A stretch of 64,000 bases of DNA from an uncultured Nitrososphaerales archaeon (GCA_963695855.1 CAVOHZ010000010.1:1376001-1440000), one strand, 5' to 3'. Counted from the stretch's first letter, positions 30,267 to 41,242 are shown. The notes: generated from the sequence alone by a model not told the origin. Made by a program: numbers and translations.

Positions 30267-31283
30267 TTATTTGAGAAACTCTAGTATCTGTTTTGTCAGG
30301 AAATTTGGTCTTTCCTCTGGTATGAAATGCCCTGTATTTGGTAACGTTATTCCTGTAACATTGTTTGCAACTTTTTGAAATGAAGTTGTAGTCAAGTTAC
30401 CTAAGGCTGCTTCTCCACCTATTGTGAGTATTGGCATATCTAGTTTCTCTTTGGCATATTCTTTGTTCTGTTCTGCATCTTCAAATATCGCTCTATAGTA
30501 TTCAAAACCTGCACGCATTGCACCAGGTTTGGAATATTGTTTAATGTATTCTTCTCTGGCTTCTGATGTTATTGCAGATTGATTGTAAGAGTAATGATCA
30601 TAAAACCAATTAAGATATACATTTTCTTGTCCATCAATCAATTTCTCTGGAAGATCCCTTACTGCATGAAATGAGGGATGCCATAAGCCATTTGGTGAAA
30701 AGTTTGCTGCTTCTTCAATCCCAAATCCAGGTAATAGAGTATCAAGTATAACCATTTTACGTACATCTTGAGGATGCGCAGCAGCATAAGAATATGCAAC
30801 TGGTCCTCCCCAATCATGAGCTACAAGATAGATTTTACTATATCCTAACTTTTTTACTAATTGATAGATATCTTCTGCAACAGTTTTCTTGTCATATCCA
30901 GTTTGTGGTTTTTCTGAATCTCCTAGACCTCTCATATCTGGAGCTATTACTGTATAGTTATTGGCTATTAATTGGGGAATAATGTGTCGCCATTCATACG
31001 AAGTTTCTGGCCATCCATGCAATAAAACAATAGGATCTCCTTTACCACCTATCACATAATGCATAAGGATACCATTAACTGTAGTTTTATAATGTGTATA
31101 ATCTATTTTTTTCTCGCTATCATCGATAATGTTTTGTGCAGCAGTAGCCGGAGAAATAAATCCTAAAGAAACTACAGAACAACAACAAATGATGACTGCC
31201 AGAAAACTTAAGGTATAGGTAATATTTCTGTTTTCGACTATAGATTCAAGTTCATATTGATTTTCCATTTTTACATCATCCAT
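30267..31283 (-). CDS. Alpha/beta hydrolase (soluble epoxide hydrolase/dehalogenase-like) with signal peptide
   Basis: HGWP, DMRGLG, AHDWGG, YYRA, GHFIPEE. Confidence 0.88.
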   Translation of the reverse strand: MDDVKMENQYELESIVENRNITYTLSFLAVIICCCSVVSLGFISPATAAQNIIDDSEKKIDYTHYKTTVNGILMHYVIGGKGDPIVLLHGWPETSYEWRHIIPQLIANNYTVIAPDMRGLGDSEKPQTGYDKKTVAEDIYQLVKKLGYSKIYLVAHDWGGPVAYSYAAAHPQDVRKMVILDTLLPGFGIEEAANFSPNGLWHPSFHAVRDLPEKLIDGQENVYLNWFYDHYSYNQSAITSEAREEYIKQYSKPGAMRAGFEYYRAIFEDAEQNKEYAKEKLDMPILTIGGEAALGNLTTTSFQKVANNVTGITLPNTGHFIPEERPNFLTKQILEFLK

Positions 31284-31604
31284 CCTTTATTACTACATTC
31301 TATAAAATCTAGACTTTAAGGCGACTGAATTCTCCTATAGTAGTACGAGATCCAGGTGTAATAAGAGATAGATATTGTTCGTAAAGTGATTCACAATTCT
31401 TATCTTTTTCTGCTAAATGTACAAACCTAATTAGATTTTCTTTAGTAGCATTTATTTCAAATTGGGGAGAAACTAATCCCACTTTCATATTTATTATTAT
31501 ATTTTATAATATAAAAACATAATATAATCAACAATAGAAATTTCATATTGTTACGTTATTCTAAATCGTTTACTGAAAATCATGGTTTAGTAATTTACAT
31601 AAAA

Positions 31605-31775
31605 TCATTGGGCTCTGACTATATGAAAATCTTTATTGGGTACCAATCCCTTCTGTATTCAGGCTAGGTTCAAAGTTAACATACTCCGTACGAGAGTGAG
31701 GCTCTGACTGGACCAATATCCGAGCGGCTATACTACTACCTCATAAAGAAGGTGAATAGATGTTTGCCGCCTGTT
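31605..31775 (+). mobile_element. Possible orphan IS110-type non-coding end
   Basis: GGCTCTGACT occurs twice (31611, 31701); short hairpins; GAAGGTGA RBS followed by ATG TTT GCC and an early stop. Confidence 0.4.
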
Positions 31776-31944
31776 AGCCGACATAAAAAAAAGAAAATAA
31801 AATAAGAATGAAAAAAAGCAAAATGAAGGGAAAGTAACAAGTATAGCATATGCTATTTTAGATAATTTTTAATATGATGAATTATAATAGAATATTACGC
31901 TTAACAGGAACATAAGGATGACCTTATACAGATAGAGATTTTCA

Positions 31945-32062
31945 TAGATGTTAAGTTAAGGAAAATTTATGAAATAAATTATAAAATTCTTTTAAAATTG
32001 AGCAGAGAACATAATATAAAAGAAGAATGTACATATTACTTTATCCTTAAGTTAACAGGGCA
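31945..32062. mobile_element. IS6-type MITE
   Basis: TGTTAAGTTAAGGA...TCCTTAAGTTAACAGGGC; interior similar to the copy at 20601. Confidence 0.65.
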
Positions 32063-32297
32063 GTTTATAATGATGTTTTAAATCTTGGATAATTTGAATT
32101 CCACATGCTACGGCGAGTAAAGATGATATTACAATTGGTATTACAATATCACCAGCTATAGATATTTTTTTAGATTTATTGTTTGTTTCATCCCTACTGG
32201 ATAGCTAGTTAGATGAATTTCTCGAATAGCCTTAGTTTCTACCATATATTACCCGTGTATATCAAGTTTAAATCAATTTTTCTGTATCTATAACTTC

Positions 32298-32493
32298 GAA
32301 AGAGTGATGCAGTATTTCAAGGATAGAACAGAATGTTGTGATGATTACTATCCTTGTACCAGGAATAGTATAAAATGTGATCTATCACATGTATACAATT
32401 GGATCAAACTATTCCTTTATCTATACACCGCAAAAAATAGAAATGAACTTGTATTCAAAATTGGAGGTGAAATATTCTTAACTTAACAGCACC
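32298..32493 (+). pseudogene. IS6-family transposase C-terminal remnant with right TIR
   Basis: ERVMQYFKDRTECCDDYYPC; ends in TTCTTAACTTAACAGCACC. Confidence 0.8.
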
Positions 32494-33124
32494 ACTTCCT
32501 TAATAGATCTCAATTTGAAAGTTTATTGATCACAAATCGAGTAATATGTCATTTGTCATAAAATTTCATCTATTATAATGTTGTTCTAAAGTATTTTTTT
32601 ATAATAGTCACAATTTATTATTGTGATAGAAAACTAGTTAGAATTATTTTTCATGTTCTATGCTTTTATAATCTATCTACTTTAAAACCAATAATCTATA
32701 TCTTGCAGTGTTTTGTGAAATTCTAATGCTAATGGAGTAAGACTATACGATATTTCATTAGATTTATCGTTGGAGTTATTGTTATGACTGTTTTCGCTCG
32801 CTTTAACTGATACAATTTTCACATAAAACTTTATTGCTTATTACTGATAATATTTTTTTGATTCACTAAAATGAAAAGATGAATTTGAGCGAGTCTTTGA
32901 TATTAATAAAGGCAATTTTTTTACCTATTACTTGACCTATTTCACAAGCTTTAAAGATCTTTCTATTTTAGAAATTGATGATAATAAAATACAATATTAA
33001 TTTAAAATTTATTTTATAACACTAATCATTTCAACCTATCATTTCATGATTATATGAATATAGATCTGTTATGTTAATAAATGGTTAAGAAAATCCTTTT
33101 ATGTATGTTGGGTAATATCATTTA

Positions 33125-33787
33125 ATGACAAGTGAAAGCTTAGTCAATAATAAAATTCATAGCTTACTGACCCCTGACAACTGTACGTTAATAATGATTG
33201 ATTTTCAGCCGCAAATGGCCTTTGGTGTAAAATCCATAGATGGACAGACTCTAATTAATAATGCTGAAGGCCTTGCAAAGGCAGCAAAGATATTCAATGT
33301 TCCAACTATTTTAACTACAGTGGCAGAAAAAAGTTTTTCTGGTCCTATGTTCCCTCAGATAAAAAAAGTGTATCCAGATAAACAAATGATAGATAGAACT
33401 ACTATGAACTGCTGGGAAGATCGAAACGTAGTCTTAGAGGTAGAGAAAATTGGAAGGAAAAAACTAGTTTTAGCAGGACTATGGACAGAAGTTTGTATTG
33501 TAATGCCTGCTATTCAAGCCATGGAGGCAGGATATGAAATTTATGTTATAGCTGATGCATGTGGTGGAACATCAATTACTGCACATGATATGGCAATAGA
33601 GAGATTAATTCAAGCAGGAGCGGTACCTATGAGTTGGCTACAATTCCTATTAGAATTACAACGCGACTGGGCCAGGACAGACACATATGATGCGGTAATG
33701 AAAGTAGTAAGAGAAGATGCAGGTACATATGGACTTGGGGTAGAATATGCAAAAGCTATGCTAGGTGAGCATGCAAGAGAAGGTTAA
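33125..33787 (+). CDS. ycaC: YcaC-like isochorismatase-family cysteine hydrolase
   Basis: IDFQPQM, DRTTMNCWED, AGLWTEVC, ELQRDWAR. Confidence 0.9.
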   Translation: MTSESLVNNKIHSLLTPDNCTLIMIDFQPQMAFGVKSIDGQTLINNAEGLAKAAKIFNVPTILTTVAEKSFSGPMFPQIKKVYPDKQMIDRTTMNCWEDRNVVLEVEKIGRKKLVLAGLWTEVCIVMPAIQAMEAGYEIYVIADACGGTSITAHDMAIERLIQAGAVPMSWLQFLLELQRDWARTDTYDAVMKVVREDAGTYGLGVEYAKAMLGEHAREG

Positions 33788-33896
33788 ATAATAATAATGG
33801 AATCATTAATAAATAATACTAAAAATCAAATAAATACATATATTCACTATTTTTTCGGCATTTTCCCTAAATTATCATTAAAACTTGTCAAGATGA

Positions 33897-35852
33897 ATGG
33901 ATATGACTAAAGAGGTAGATCTTATTCTTATAAACGGTCGTATAGCGACAATAAATGATAATCAAAATTTTGTATCTTCTGTAGCTATAAAAGATGGTAT
34001 TTTTATTGCTGTAGGTAATAATGATGATAGCCTTTCTTACAAGGGAGATAATACAAAAGTTATTGATCTAAATGGACGAACAGTTATTCCAGGCTTAAAT
34101 GATTCTCATCTTCACATTATACGTGGTGGCTTAAACTATAATCTAGAATTAAGATGGGATGGTATACCTACTCTATCTGAAGCCTTGAATAGAATTAATG
34201 AGCAATCACAACATACTCCCAATCCACATTGGATCAGAGTAGTTGGAGGGTGGTCTGAATTTCAATTTAAAGAGAAAAGAATACCTACTATAGAGGAAAT
34301 TGAAAGAATTACTGGAAGTGTACCAGCATTTATTTTGCATCTTTATCATTGTGCAATGATTAATAAAAAAGCAATTGAAGCTACTGGATATAATAAAGAT
34401 ACACCAAATCCACCTGATGCAGAATTTGAGCATGATGAAACTGGTGATCTAACAGGCTTGATAACTGCAAAACCTGCAGCAACAATACTTTATCAAACAC
34501 TAGCCAAAGGTCCAAAACTATCTTCTGATGAACAAATCAATTCTACAAGGCAATTCATGTATGAACTCAATCGTTTTGGTGTCACTAGTGCTATTGATGC
34601 AGGAGGAGGATTTCAAAATTATCCTGACGATTACAAGGTAATAAGTGATTTAGCAAAAGAAGGTCTCCTTACCGTTCGTATTGCGTACAATCTCTTTACC
34701 CAGAGACCAAAAAAAGAATTAGAAGACTTTACAAACTGGATAAAAATGGTAAAGCCTGGTGAAGGAAATGATTTTTATCGTATGAATGGAGCTGGCGAAA
34801 TGTTAGTCTTCTCAGCAGCTGACTATGAAAATATATTGGAACCACGTCCAGATTTGGCAGAACAAATGCAGTCAGAACTAAAGGAAGTTGTTAAAGTTCT
34901 AGTAAAGAATAGATGGCCTTTTAGGATACATGCTACATACAATGAATCAATTACACGATTTTTAAATGTCTATGAAGAAGTAAATAATGAAATTCCCTTT
35001 AACGGTTTAAGATGGTTTTTTGATCATGCAGAAACAATATCAGAAGATAATATCAAAAGAGTAAAAAAATTAGGTGGAGGAATAGCAATACAAGACAGAC
35101 TTGCATTTCAAGGTGAATACTTTATTGAAAGATATGGAAAAGAAGTCTCAGAAAACTCCCCTCCTATAAAGAAAATAATTGAAATGGGTGTTCCTTTAGG
35201 GGCAGGTACTGATGCAACTAGAGTATCTACTTATAATCCTTGGATTTCGCTTTATTGGCTAGTAACAGGAAAATCAGTTGGTGGCACAACATTAAGGTCT
35301 AAAAATAATTGTCTTGAGAGAATGGAAGCACTTAGACTATATACGCTTGGTAGTGCATGGTTTTCAAATGAAGAAGAGAAAAAGGGTTCCATTGAAATAG
35401 GAAAATTTGCAGATCTTGCTGTATTGAGTGATGATTACTTTTCTGTTGAAGAAGAACAAATTAAAGAAATTGATTCTGTTCTTACTATAGTGGGTGGGAG
35501 AATAGTATATGCAAAAGAAGAATTTCAAAATCTTTCACTTGCATCTCTAGATGTTATTCCTTCATGGTCTCCTGTTTCTATTTTTGGTGGATATTATAGC
35601 TCAAGAAACAATCAAAATCAAATTCAAAATAGCAATAATTCATCATTATTACAACGACAAAAACAAATAACTGCAAATTCTAATATAGATCATAACAATA
35701 ACAACCATCTTGTTAAAGATAAAGATAAAAATAATGAAAATCAGAATTCATCAATAATAGATTCCAAAGGAATTAGTGTAGATAATAAAAATGTAAAAAT
35801 TCAATATAGTAATTATATGTGTGCATGTTGTGATGATTTTTTCTCTTTTTAG
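33897..35852 (+). CDS. YtcJ/NfdA-like metal-dependent amidohydrolase (amidohydrolase_3)
   Basis: PGLNDSHLH, RIHAT, FDHAE, GTDATRV, GKFADLAVL; Asn-rich linker and terminal CACC. Confidence 0.92.
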   Translation: MDMTKEVDLILINGRIATINDNQNFVSSVAIKDGIFIAVGNNDDSLSYKGDNTKVIDLNGRTVIPGLNDSHLHIIRGGLNYNLELRWDGIPTLSEALNRINEQSQHTPNPHWIRVVGGWSEFQFKEKRIPTIEEIERITGSVPAFILHLYHCAMINKKAIEATGYNKDTPNPPDAEFEHDETGDLTGLITAKPAATILYQTLAKGPKLSSDEQINSTRQFMYELNRFGVTSAIDAGGGFQNYPDDYKVISDLAKEGLLTVRIAYNLFTQRPKKELEDFTNWIKMVKPGEGNDFYRMNGAGEMLVFSAADYENILEPRPDLAEQMQSELKEVVKVLVKNRWPFRIHATYNESITRFLNVYEEVNNEIPFNGLRWFFDHAETISEDNIKRVKKLGGGIAIQDRLAFQGEYFIERYGKEVSENSPPIKKIIEMGVPLGAGTDATRVSTYNPWISLYWLVTGKSVGGTTLRSKNNCLERMEALRLYTLGSAWFSNEEEKKGSIEIGKFADLAVLSDDYFSVEEEQIKEIDSVLTIVGGRIVYAKEEFQNLSLASLDVIPSWSPVSIFGGYYSSRNNQNQIQNSNNSSLLQRQKQITANSNIDHNNNNHLVKDKDKNNENQNSSIIDSKGISVDNKNVKIQYSNYMCACCDDFFSF

Positions 35853-35904
35853 AAGTAGCAATTTCAAACCATGGAACGAATAACAAACAAGGTAACAATT
35901 CTTT

Positions 35905-37557
35905 ATGAAAGATGATATAAGTTCTCAAAAAGAAAATAATAATAATAAAGAACAGAAAAAAATGGAAGTAGGCAGATCTGGTTGGGAACCCATATTACAT
36001 CACCCCATTTATAGGGCATTATGGATTGCAACCGTCGTTTCAAATATTGGCTCATCAATGCATGATACTGGGGCTATGTGGCTTATGACTTCCCTGTCTG
36101 ATTCAGCGTTTCTCGTTACTTTGATACCAGCTGCAGCTAGCTTGGCGATTGTTGTTATGGCGTTACCTGGTGGAGCTCTTGGAGATGTTCTTAATCGTCA
36201 TAAGCTTCTTATGATTAGTCAAGGCTATATGCTAGCAATAGCATTTGCACTTGCTATTGTTACCTTGTTTAACATGACTACTCCGTTATTGTTAGTACTA
36301 TTAACATTTGCCTTAGGACTAGGAGCAGCATTAAGTACGCCATTATTGATACGCCTTTCTTTAGAGATGGTCTCTAAAGAAGAATCTCAATCAACTATTA
36401 CTCTTGGTGGAGTTGCAATTAATATAGGAAGAGCAGTGGGACCAACTGTTGGTGGTTTTATAATTGCTTTAAGCGGACCTTGGGCAGTTTTTTTAATTAA
36501 TTCTCTAACTTTTATATCAATTATTATTGTATTAAGAAGATGGTCTAGTAGTGACCATCGAGAACAAAATACTACTCTACCTCCTGAACATATCACTGGA
36601 GCTATCCGAGCCGGGATTAGATATCTAAAATATTCTCCTGATGTTCAATCTGTCCTAATACGTGCTACAGCCTTTACAATTTTTGGAAGTGCATTATTTG
36701 CATTATTGCCTTCTCTTGTAAGAAATACTTTGGGATTTGGCTCTGCTGAATATGGATTACTTTTAGGAGCTTTAGGCATAGGAGCTATAATTGGTGGTAC
36801 AATTATGCTTCCAAAAATAAGACAAATAATCTCTATTGATTGGCTAGTTGTGGCTGCAAGTATATTATTTGCAATAACTATGATTTTGCTTTCACAACTT
36901 GATAATTTCCTTCAAATCTTTGTAGTAATGATTGGAAGTGGAATAGCATGGATTACTCTTTTATCCAGCTTTAATTTTTCTGCTTTTAAAGCAGGTAATG
37001 AATGGGTAGCAACGAGATTACTAGCTACTTATCAAGCAGTGTTTCAAGGTGGAATAGCTGTTGGAAGTCTCATATGGGGACAAGTTTCAATATATTCTGA
37101 TGTACGTACTGCATTGATTTTATCAGCCGTTGGTCTAGTGATAGGCTTAATATCTTTTACAAGATATCGGTTGATAAAAAAAGGTGAAATTGATAAGACA
37201 TCTTATGCTCACTGGCCAATTCCAAATGTTATATTTGAATCTGGAAAAGAAGAAAAACCTGTAATGATAGAAATAAAGTATAAAATTGATCCTATAAATA
37301 AAAAGGAATTTGAAACAATTATGAAAGAATGGAGTAGAATTAGAAAAAGAGATGGAGCCATTCATTGGGCCTTGTATTATGATGGAGAAAATCCTAGTGA
37401 GTACATTGAAACTTTTATATTAGAATCTTGGGAAGAACATCTTCGACAGCATGAAAGATTTACTGTAGCTGATAGAGAAATAGAAGATAAAGTTCGATCT
37501 TTCCATATTGATAAGAATCCACCTATGGTTTCCCACTTTATAGCAGAGTCTTTATAA
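35905..37557 (+). CDS. MFS transporter (MFS_3 type) with soluble C-terminal domain
   Basis: About 12 TM segments; GALGDVLNRHKL; C-terminal ESWEEHLRQHER. Confidence 0.9.
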   Translation: MKDDISSQKENNNNKEQKKMEVGRSGWEPILHHPIYRALWIATVVSNIGSSMHDTGAMWLMTSLSDSAFLVTLIPAAASLAIVVMALPGGALGDVLNRHKLLMISQGYMLAIAFALAIVTLFNMTTPLLLVLLTFALGLGAALSTPLLIRLSLEMVSKEESQSTITLGGVAINIGRAVGPTVGGFIIALSGPWAVFLINSLTFISIIIVLRRWSSSDHREQNTTLPPEHITGAIRAGIRYLKYSPDVQSVLIRATAFTIFGSALFALLPSLVRNTLGFGSAEYGLLLGALGIGAIIGGTIMLPKIRQIISIDWLVVAASILFAITMILLSQLDNFLQIFVVMIGSGIAWITLLSSFNFSAFKAGNEWVATRLLATYQAVFQGGIAVGSLIWGQVSIYSDVRTALILSAVGLVIGLISFTRYRLIKKGEIDKTSYAHWPIPNVIFESGKEEKPVMIEIKYKIDPINKKEFETIMKEWSRIRKRDGAIHWALYYDGENPSEYIETFILESWEEHLRQHERFTVADREIEDKVRSFHIDKNPPMVSHFIAESL

Positions 37558-37581
37558 AAAAAGAAGTATAAGAAGAATTAG

Positions 37582-38574
37582 ATGAATAGTACAAATAATG
37601 TATTAGGAATTCATCATGTTACTGCAATTTGTAGCAATCCGCAAAAAAATATCGATTTTTATACAAAGTTATTAGGATTACGATTGGTCAAATTAACCGT
37701 TAATTTTGATGATCCAACAACATACCATATATATTATGGAGATGAAATAGGGCATCCTGGAACTATTCTTACTTTCTTTCCTTGGCCTGATGCTCCAAAA
37801 GGTTATAGAGGAACAGGTCAAGCTATAACAACATCTTTTTTAATACCTTTAAACTCTGTTGATTTTTGGAAAGATCGTCTAAAGAATAATGATATTGGTT
37901 TTGAAGGACCTACAAAACGTTTTGACAAGGAAGAGCAAGTAATAAAACTCTATGATCCTGATGGTCTCGAACTAGAACTAGTCGCTCATTCATCAGCAAA
38001 GGAAAATGATGAAAGATTTTGGAAAGATGGTCCAATATCATATGAAAATGGTATAAGAGGATTCTATTCTGTAAGTTTATCAGAAGAAGGATATGAACGC
38101 ACCTCTGAAATATTAAAAGATATGGGGTACAAAATGATAGAAAATGAAGGTAACCGTTTTCGTTTTCAAATAGAAGATTCACAACCTAATACTGGCGCAA
38201 AAAGATTAGATGTTCTCTGTTTGCCTTATACTCCTTATGGAAGAATTGGAATAGGAACAGTTCATCATATAGCTTTTAGAACATCATCGGATGAATCTCA
38301 AATATCAATTAGAAAAAATATTATAAAAATAGGACTAAATCCGACGCCAGTAATTGATAGAACCTATTTTCATTCAGTATATTTTAGAGAACCTGGAGGA
38401 GTTTTATTTGAAATTGCTACAGATCCACCGGGATTTACAGTAGATCAAAAAGTACAAGATCTAGGAAAAATACTGATGTTACCACAATGGCTTGAACCCA
38501 TGAGAGGAAGATTAGAAAGGGTATTAACAAAGATAGAATTACCTCACTATGATAATAAAGATAAATCAAAATAA
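37582..38574 (+). CDS. Ring-cleaving dioxygenase, VOC/glyoxalase family (MhqO/PcpA-like)
   Basis: GIHHVTA, TVNFDDP, VHHIAF, DRTYFHSVYFREPGGVLFEIAT. Confidence 0.92.
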   Translation: MNSTNNVLGIHHVTAICSNPQKNIDFYTKLLGLRLVKLTVNFDDPTTYHIYYGDEIGHPGTILTFFPWPDAPKGYRGTGQAITTSFLIPLNSVDFWKDRLKNNDIGFEGPTKRFDKEEQVIKLYDPDGLELELVAHSSAKENDERFWKDGPISYENGIRGFYSVSLSEEGYERTSEILKDMGYKMIENEGNRFRFQIEDSQPNTGAKRLDVLCLPYTPYGRIGIGTVHHIAFRTSSDESQISIRKNIIKIGLNPTPVIDRTYFHSVYFREPGGVLFEIATDPPGFTVDQKVQDLGKILMLPQWLEPMRGRLERVLTKIELPHYDNKDKSK

Positions 38575-38600
38575 AGAGAATAAACAGGAGCAACAAGAAA

Positions 38601-39281
38601 ATGATTAAATCTAATGATTTTGGATTTCATCATATATTTATTAAATCTTCTTCTACTAATACTTCCAATAACAAAAGAGAATATGATGAAATAAATGGTA
38701 ATTTAACACTCGTACTATTACATGGAACAGGTGGAAATGAAGAAGATCTTATTTTCCTTGGAAAGGAAATTGAACCTAATGCATCAATATTAAGTTCCAG
38801 AGGAAAAGTATTGGAAAATGGTATGCCTCGCTTCTTTAGAAGATTGGCTGAGGGAGTATTTGATATAGAAGATCTTAAATTTAGAACTCATGAGCTTGCT
38901 GATTTCATTAAAAAATGTTCTTTACATTATAAGTTTGATTTAAAACATACAATAGCAGTAGGATTTTCAAATGGAGCTAATATTGCTACCAGTATACTAC
39001 TTCTGCATCCAGACGTATTTCGAGGTGCAATTCTTTTCAGAGCAATGGTTCCCTTAATTCCTAATCCTTTACCAGACCTTTCAGACAAAAAAGTACTATT
39101 AGCCGCAGGAGTAAATGATCCTATAGTCTCTAGAGTTGAAACAGAAAATCTTTATACTCTATTTCAAAAAGCTAATGCAAATATTGTATTAAAGTGGCAG
39201 CAATCAAGTCACAATTTAATTCAGGAAGATATATTTGTTGCGAGAAAATGGATATCAAATAATTTTTCTATTTCTATTTAA
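38601..39281 (+). CDS. Phospholipase/carboxylesterase (MhqD-like)
   Basis: LHGTGG, ENGMPRFF, GFSNG. Confidence 0.9.
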   Translation: MIKSNDFGFHHIFIKSSSTNTSNNKREYDEINGNLTLVLLHGTGGNEEDLIFLGKEIEPNASILSSRGKVLENGMPRFFRRLAEGVFDIEDLKFRTHELADFIKKCSLHYKFDLKHTIAVGFSNGANIATSILLLHPDVFRGAILFRAMVPLIPNPLPDLSDKKVLLAAGVNDPIVSRVETENLYTLFQKANANIVLKWQQSSHNLIQEDIFVARKWISNNFSISI

Positions 39282-39360
39282 ATTAGATAGGGAAGAAGTA
39301 AGTTAATATAATTCAAATAGTCCCTATTTTATATTTAGTCGTTAATTTTACAAGATTTTT

Positions 39361-39655
39361 ATGCCTCTCTCTGGGGTATATTAATTTTCAGCGTGTGACA
39401 ATTGTCACAGGGTTTACTATCACACATAGAAACTATTCTGGACCTAGAGAGAGCAATATTTTTTTTATTTCTATCTCGTTCTATGTCTATTAATTTAGTA
39501 GTATCATAAACAAATTCTGAATTACAAATTCTCGATATTATCATCAATATGATTTTTTATTGCTGCCTCTGGGGGTAAATTTGTTTTCAACGTGTGACAC
39601 CTTTCATGTGATACTGTCACACATAGAAACTATTTTGGAACCAGAGAGAAGAAAA
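39361..39655 (-). repeat. TGTGACA-palindrome array D (2 well-preserved units)
   Basis: CTCTGGGG...CGTGTGACA...T(G/A)TCACACATAGAAACTATT(C/T)TGG...AGAGAG occurs twice about 200 bp apart, inverted relative to arrays A-C. Confidence 0.8.
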
Positions 39656-39911
39656 TTTTTTGTTATTAAAATAGGAAGTTATCAGAAAGAAATTTGTCAT
39701 AATAACTTTCCTGCTTGGAATACGTGTATTCAATTATTATTATTATTATTATAAAAAATCTATATTTTAAATGAATCATGTAAAATTTTCGTACCTGTTA
39801 CTGCTGACTACAAGGTTTTTAGAATCAGATGAATTATTCACTTAATTATGAAAATTACAAGTTCAATAATTTTATTGAATATCGTTAAGGATTATTTGTC
39901 TATGTTTTAAA

Positions 39912-40512
39912 TCAAGTTATCGGAGGAATTCCGTAATGATTAGGACGATATGGTATATACTCAATCATAGGTTTACCACTTATATTTTGAGAATTATTTC
40001 TCGTTTGTTTCAGTTTTTCCACTTCTGCTAACAGAGTTGAACGGGTTTCATCTAATTTAGTGACATCGTATGCAACATGAAGAACATTTTCAAAATTTTT
40101 AAAATCTATTTTGTTCCGTAATAGAAAATAGTATATCTTGAGCACATAATCTAGATGGCATTCATTATCAACATACAGGTTATACAATTTTTTCATCAGT
40201 TGCAATCGCAAAGATTCCGTCCAATATTTTCTTGCCTCTTCAAAACCTAAATTCAATTCGATTGCAATTTGTACTGGCGTTTTTCCTTTAAATAATAGTT
40301 CATAAGCTCTGCTGGTTTTAGAGATTTTTTTTAATGAGTTTATCTTCATTATCCCATTTTCTTTTTGTTTCTAATTGTAACTTTCGTTCGTATTTTTTTA
40401 GTATGGGTTTTATATCTCTTACAGTTACGTGAGCGATATGGGCTATTTCACCATATTTCTTTCCTTCCTCATGTAACTTTATAACTAAATCACGTTTTTC
40501 AAATTTATTCAA
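39912..40512 (-). pseudogene. HTH DNA-binding protein, apparently split by a frameshift (40318..40512 plus 39912..40349)
   Basis: Two HTH-like segments, GKKYGEIAHIAHV and GKTPVQIAIELNL, in overlapping frames. Confidence 0.65.
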
Positions 40513-41028
40513 ACTTGGAATTTCTATTTTGGGATTGAATTAAAAAAGTAGTTAATAAATGATATGGTATTGTATTTTCATTTATCTATCTTTTATTACC
40601 AATTGATACCTATTAATACCTATTATTTTTAACAAATTCATTAAAATCAAATAAATGTCATCAATTTATTACTACATTTTCTCCGGTTTTTTAATCTGAA
40701 TGAGTTGAACTTCATGTTCAAATCTATTTTATATGAATATTTTTTTGAAATGACCGTTTGAACCTTTATTTCCAATTGGCAGATTCAAAATATTGTGCGT
40801 AGAAAAATATCCAAAGTTAACTCCTTCATTTTTCATGAGCTAAGAAATTTATAATATAAAAATATATTTATTTTATATTTTTCATAGATTGACTTACTGT
40901 ATAAATTTGAAGATATCTCACTAAACATAATTATCTATTTTTAGATATTTTAAAAACTATAATTAAATATTAGTGGCTAAAAAATAAATGAAATATGATT
41001 TAACTATCTTGAAAAAGAGTAATAATTG

Positions 41029-41127
41029 GGCCCCGTTAACTTAAGGAGTAAATAGTCATATTATATAATTCTATTATACAATATTTTTTCAATTCTATCC
41101 GTCTATTTTCCTTAACTTAACACGGCC
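41029..41127. mobile_element. IS6-type MITE
   Basis: TIRs GGCCCCGTTAACTTAAGGA / TCCTTAACTTAACACGGCC. Confidence 0.7.
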
Positions 41128-41242
41128 GTGAACTAGATGGATTCTATAAGGAAGTAGAATATATTACTTAAATAATTCTCATTATATTGAGTAAGAGCAG
41201 CAAAAGCATAGAAAGGTACAGTATTATTATTAAGCTAAATGT

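Noticed and set aside
39361-39655. Chromosomal origin (ORB boxes), suggested by CTCTGGGGG and GAAAC
   Set aside because: The TTCCAnnnGAAA core is missing and there is no orc1/cdc6 gene in the window; the resemblance is only loose.
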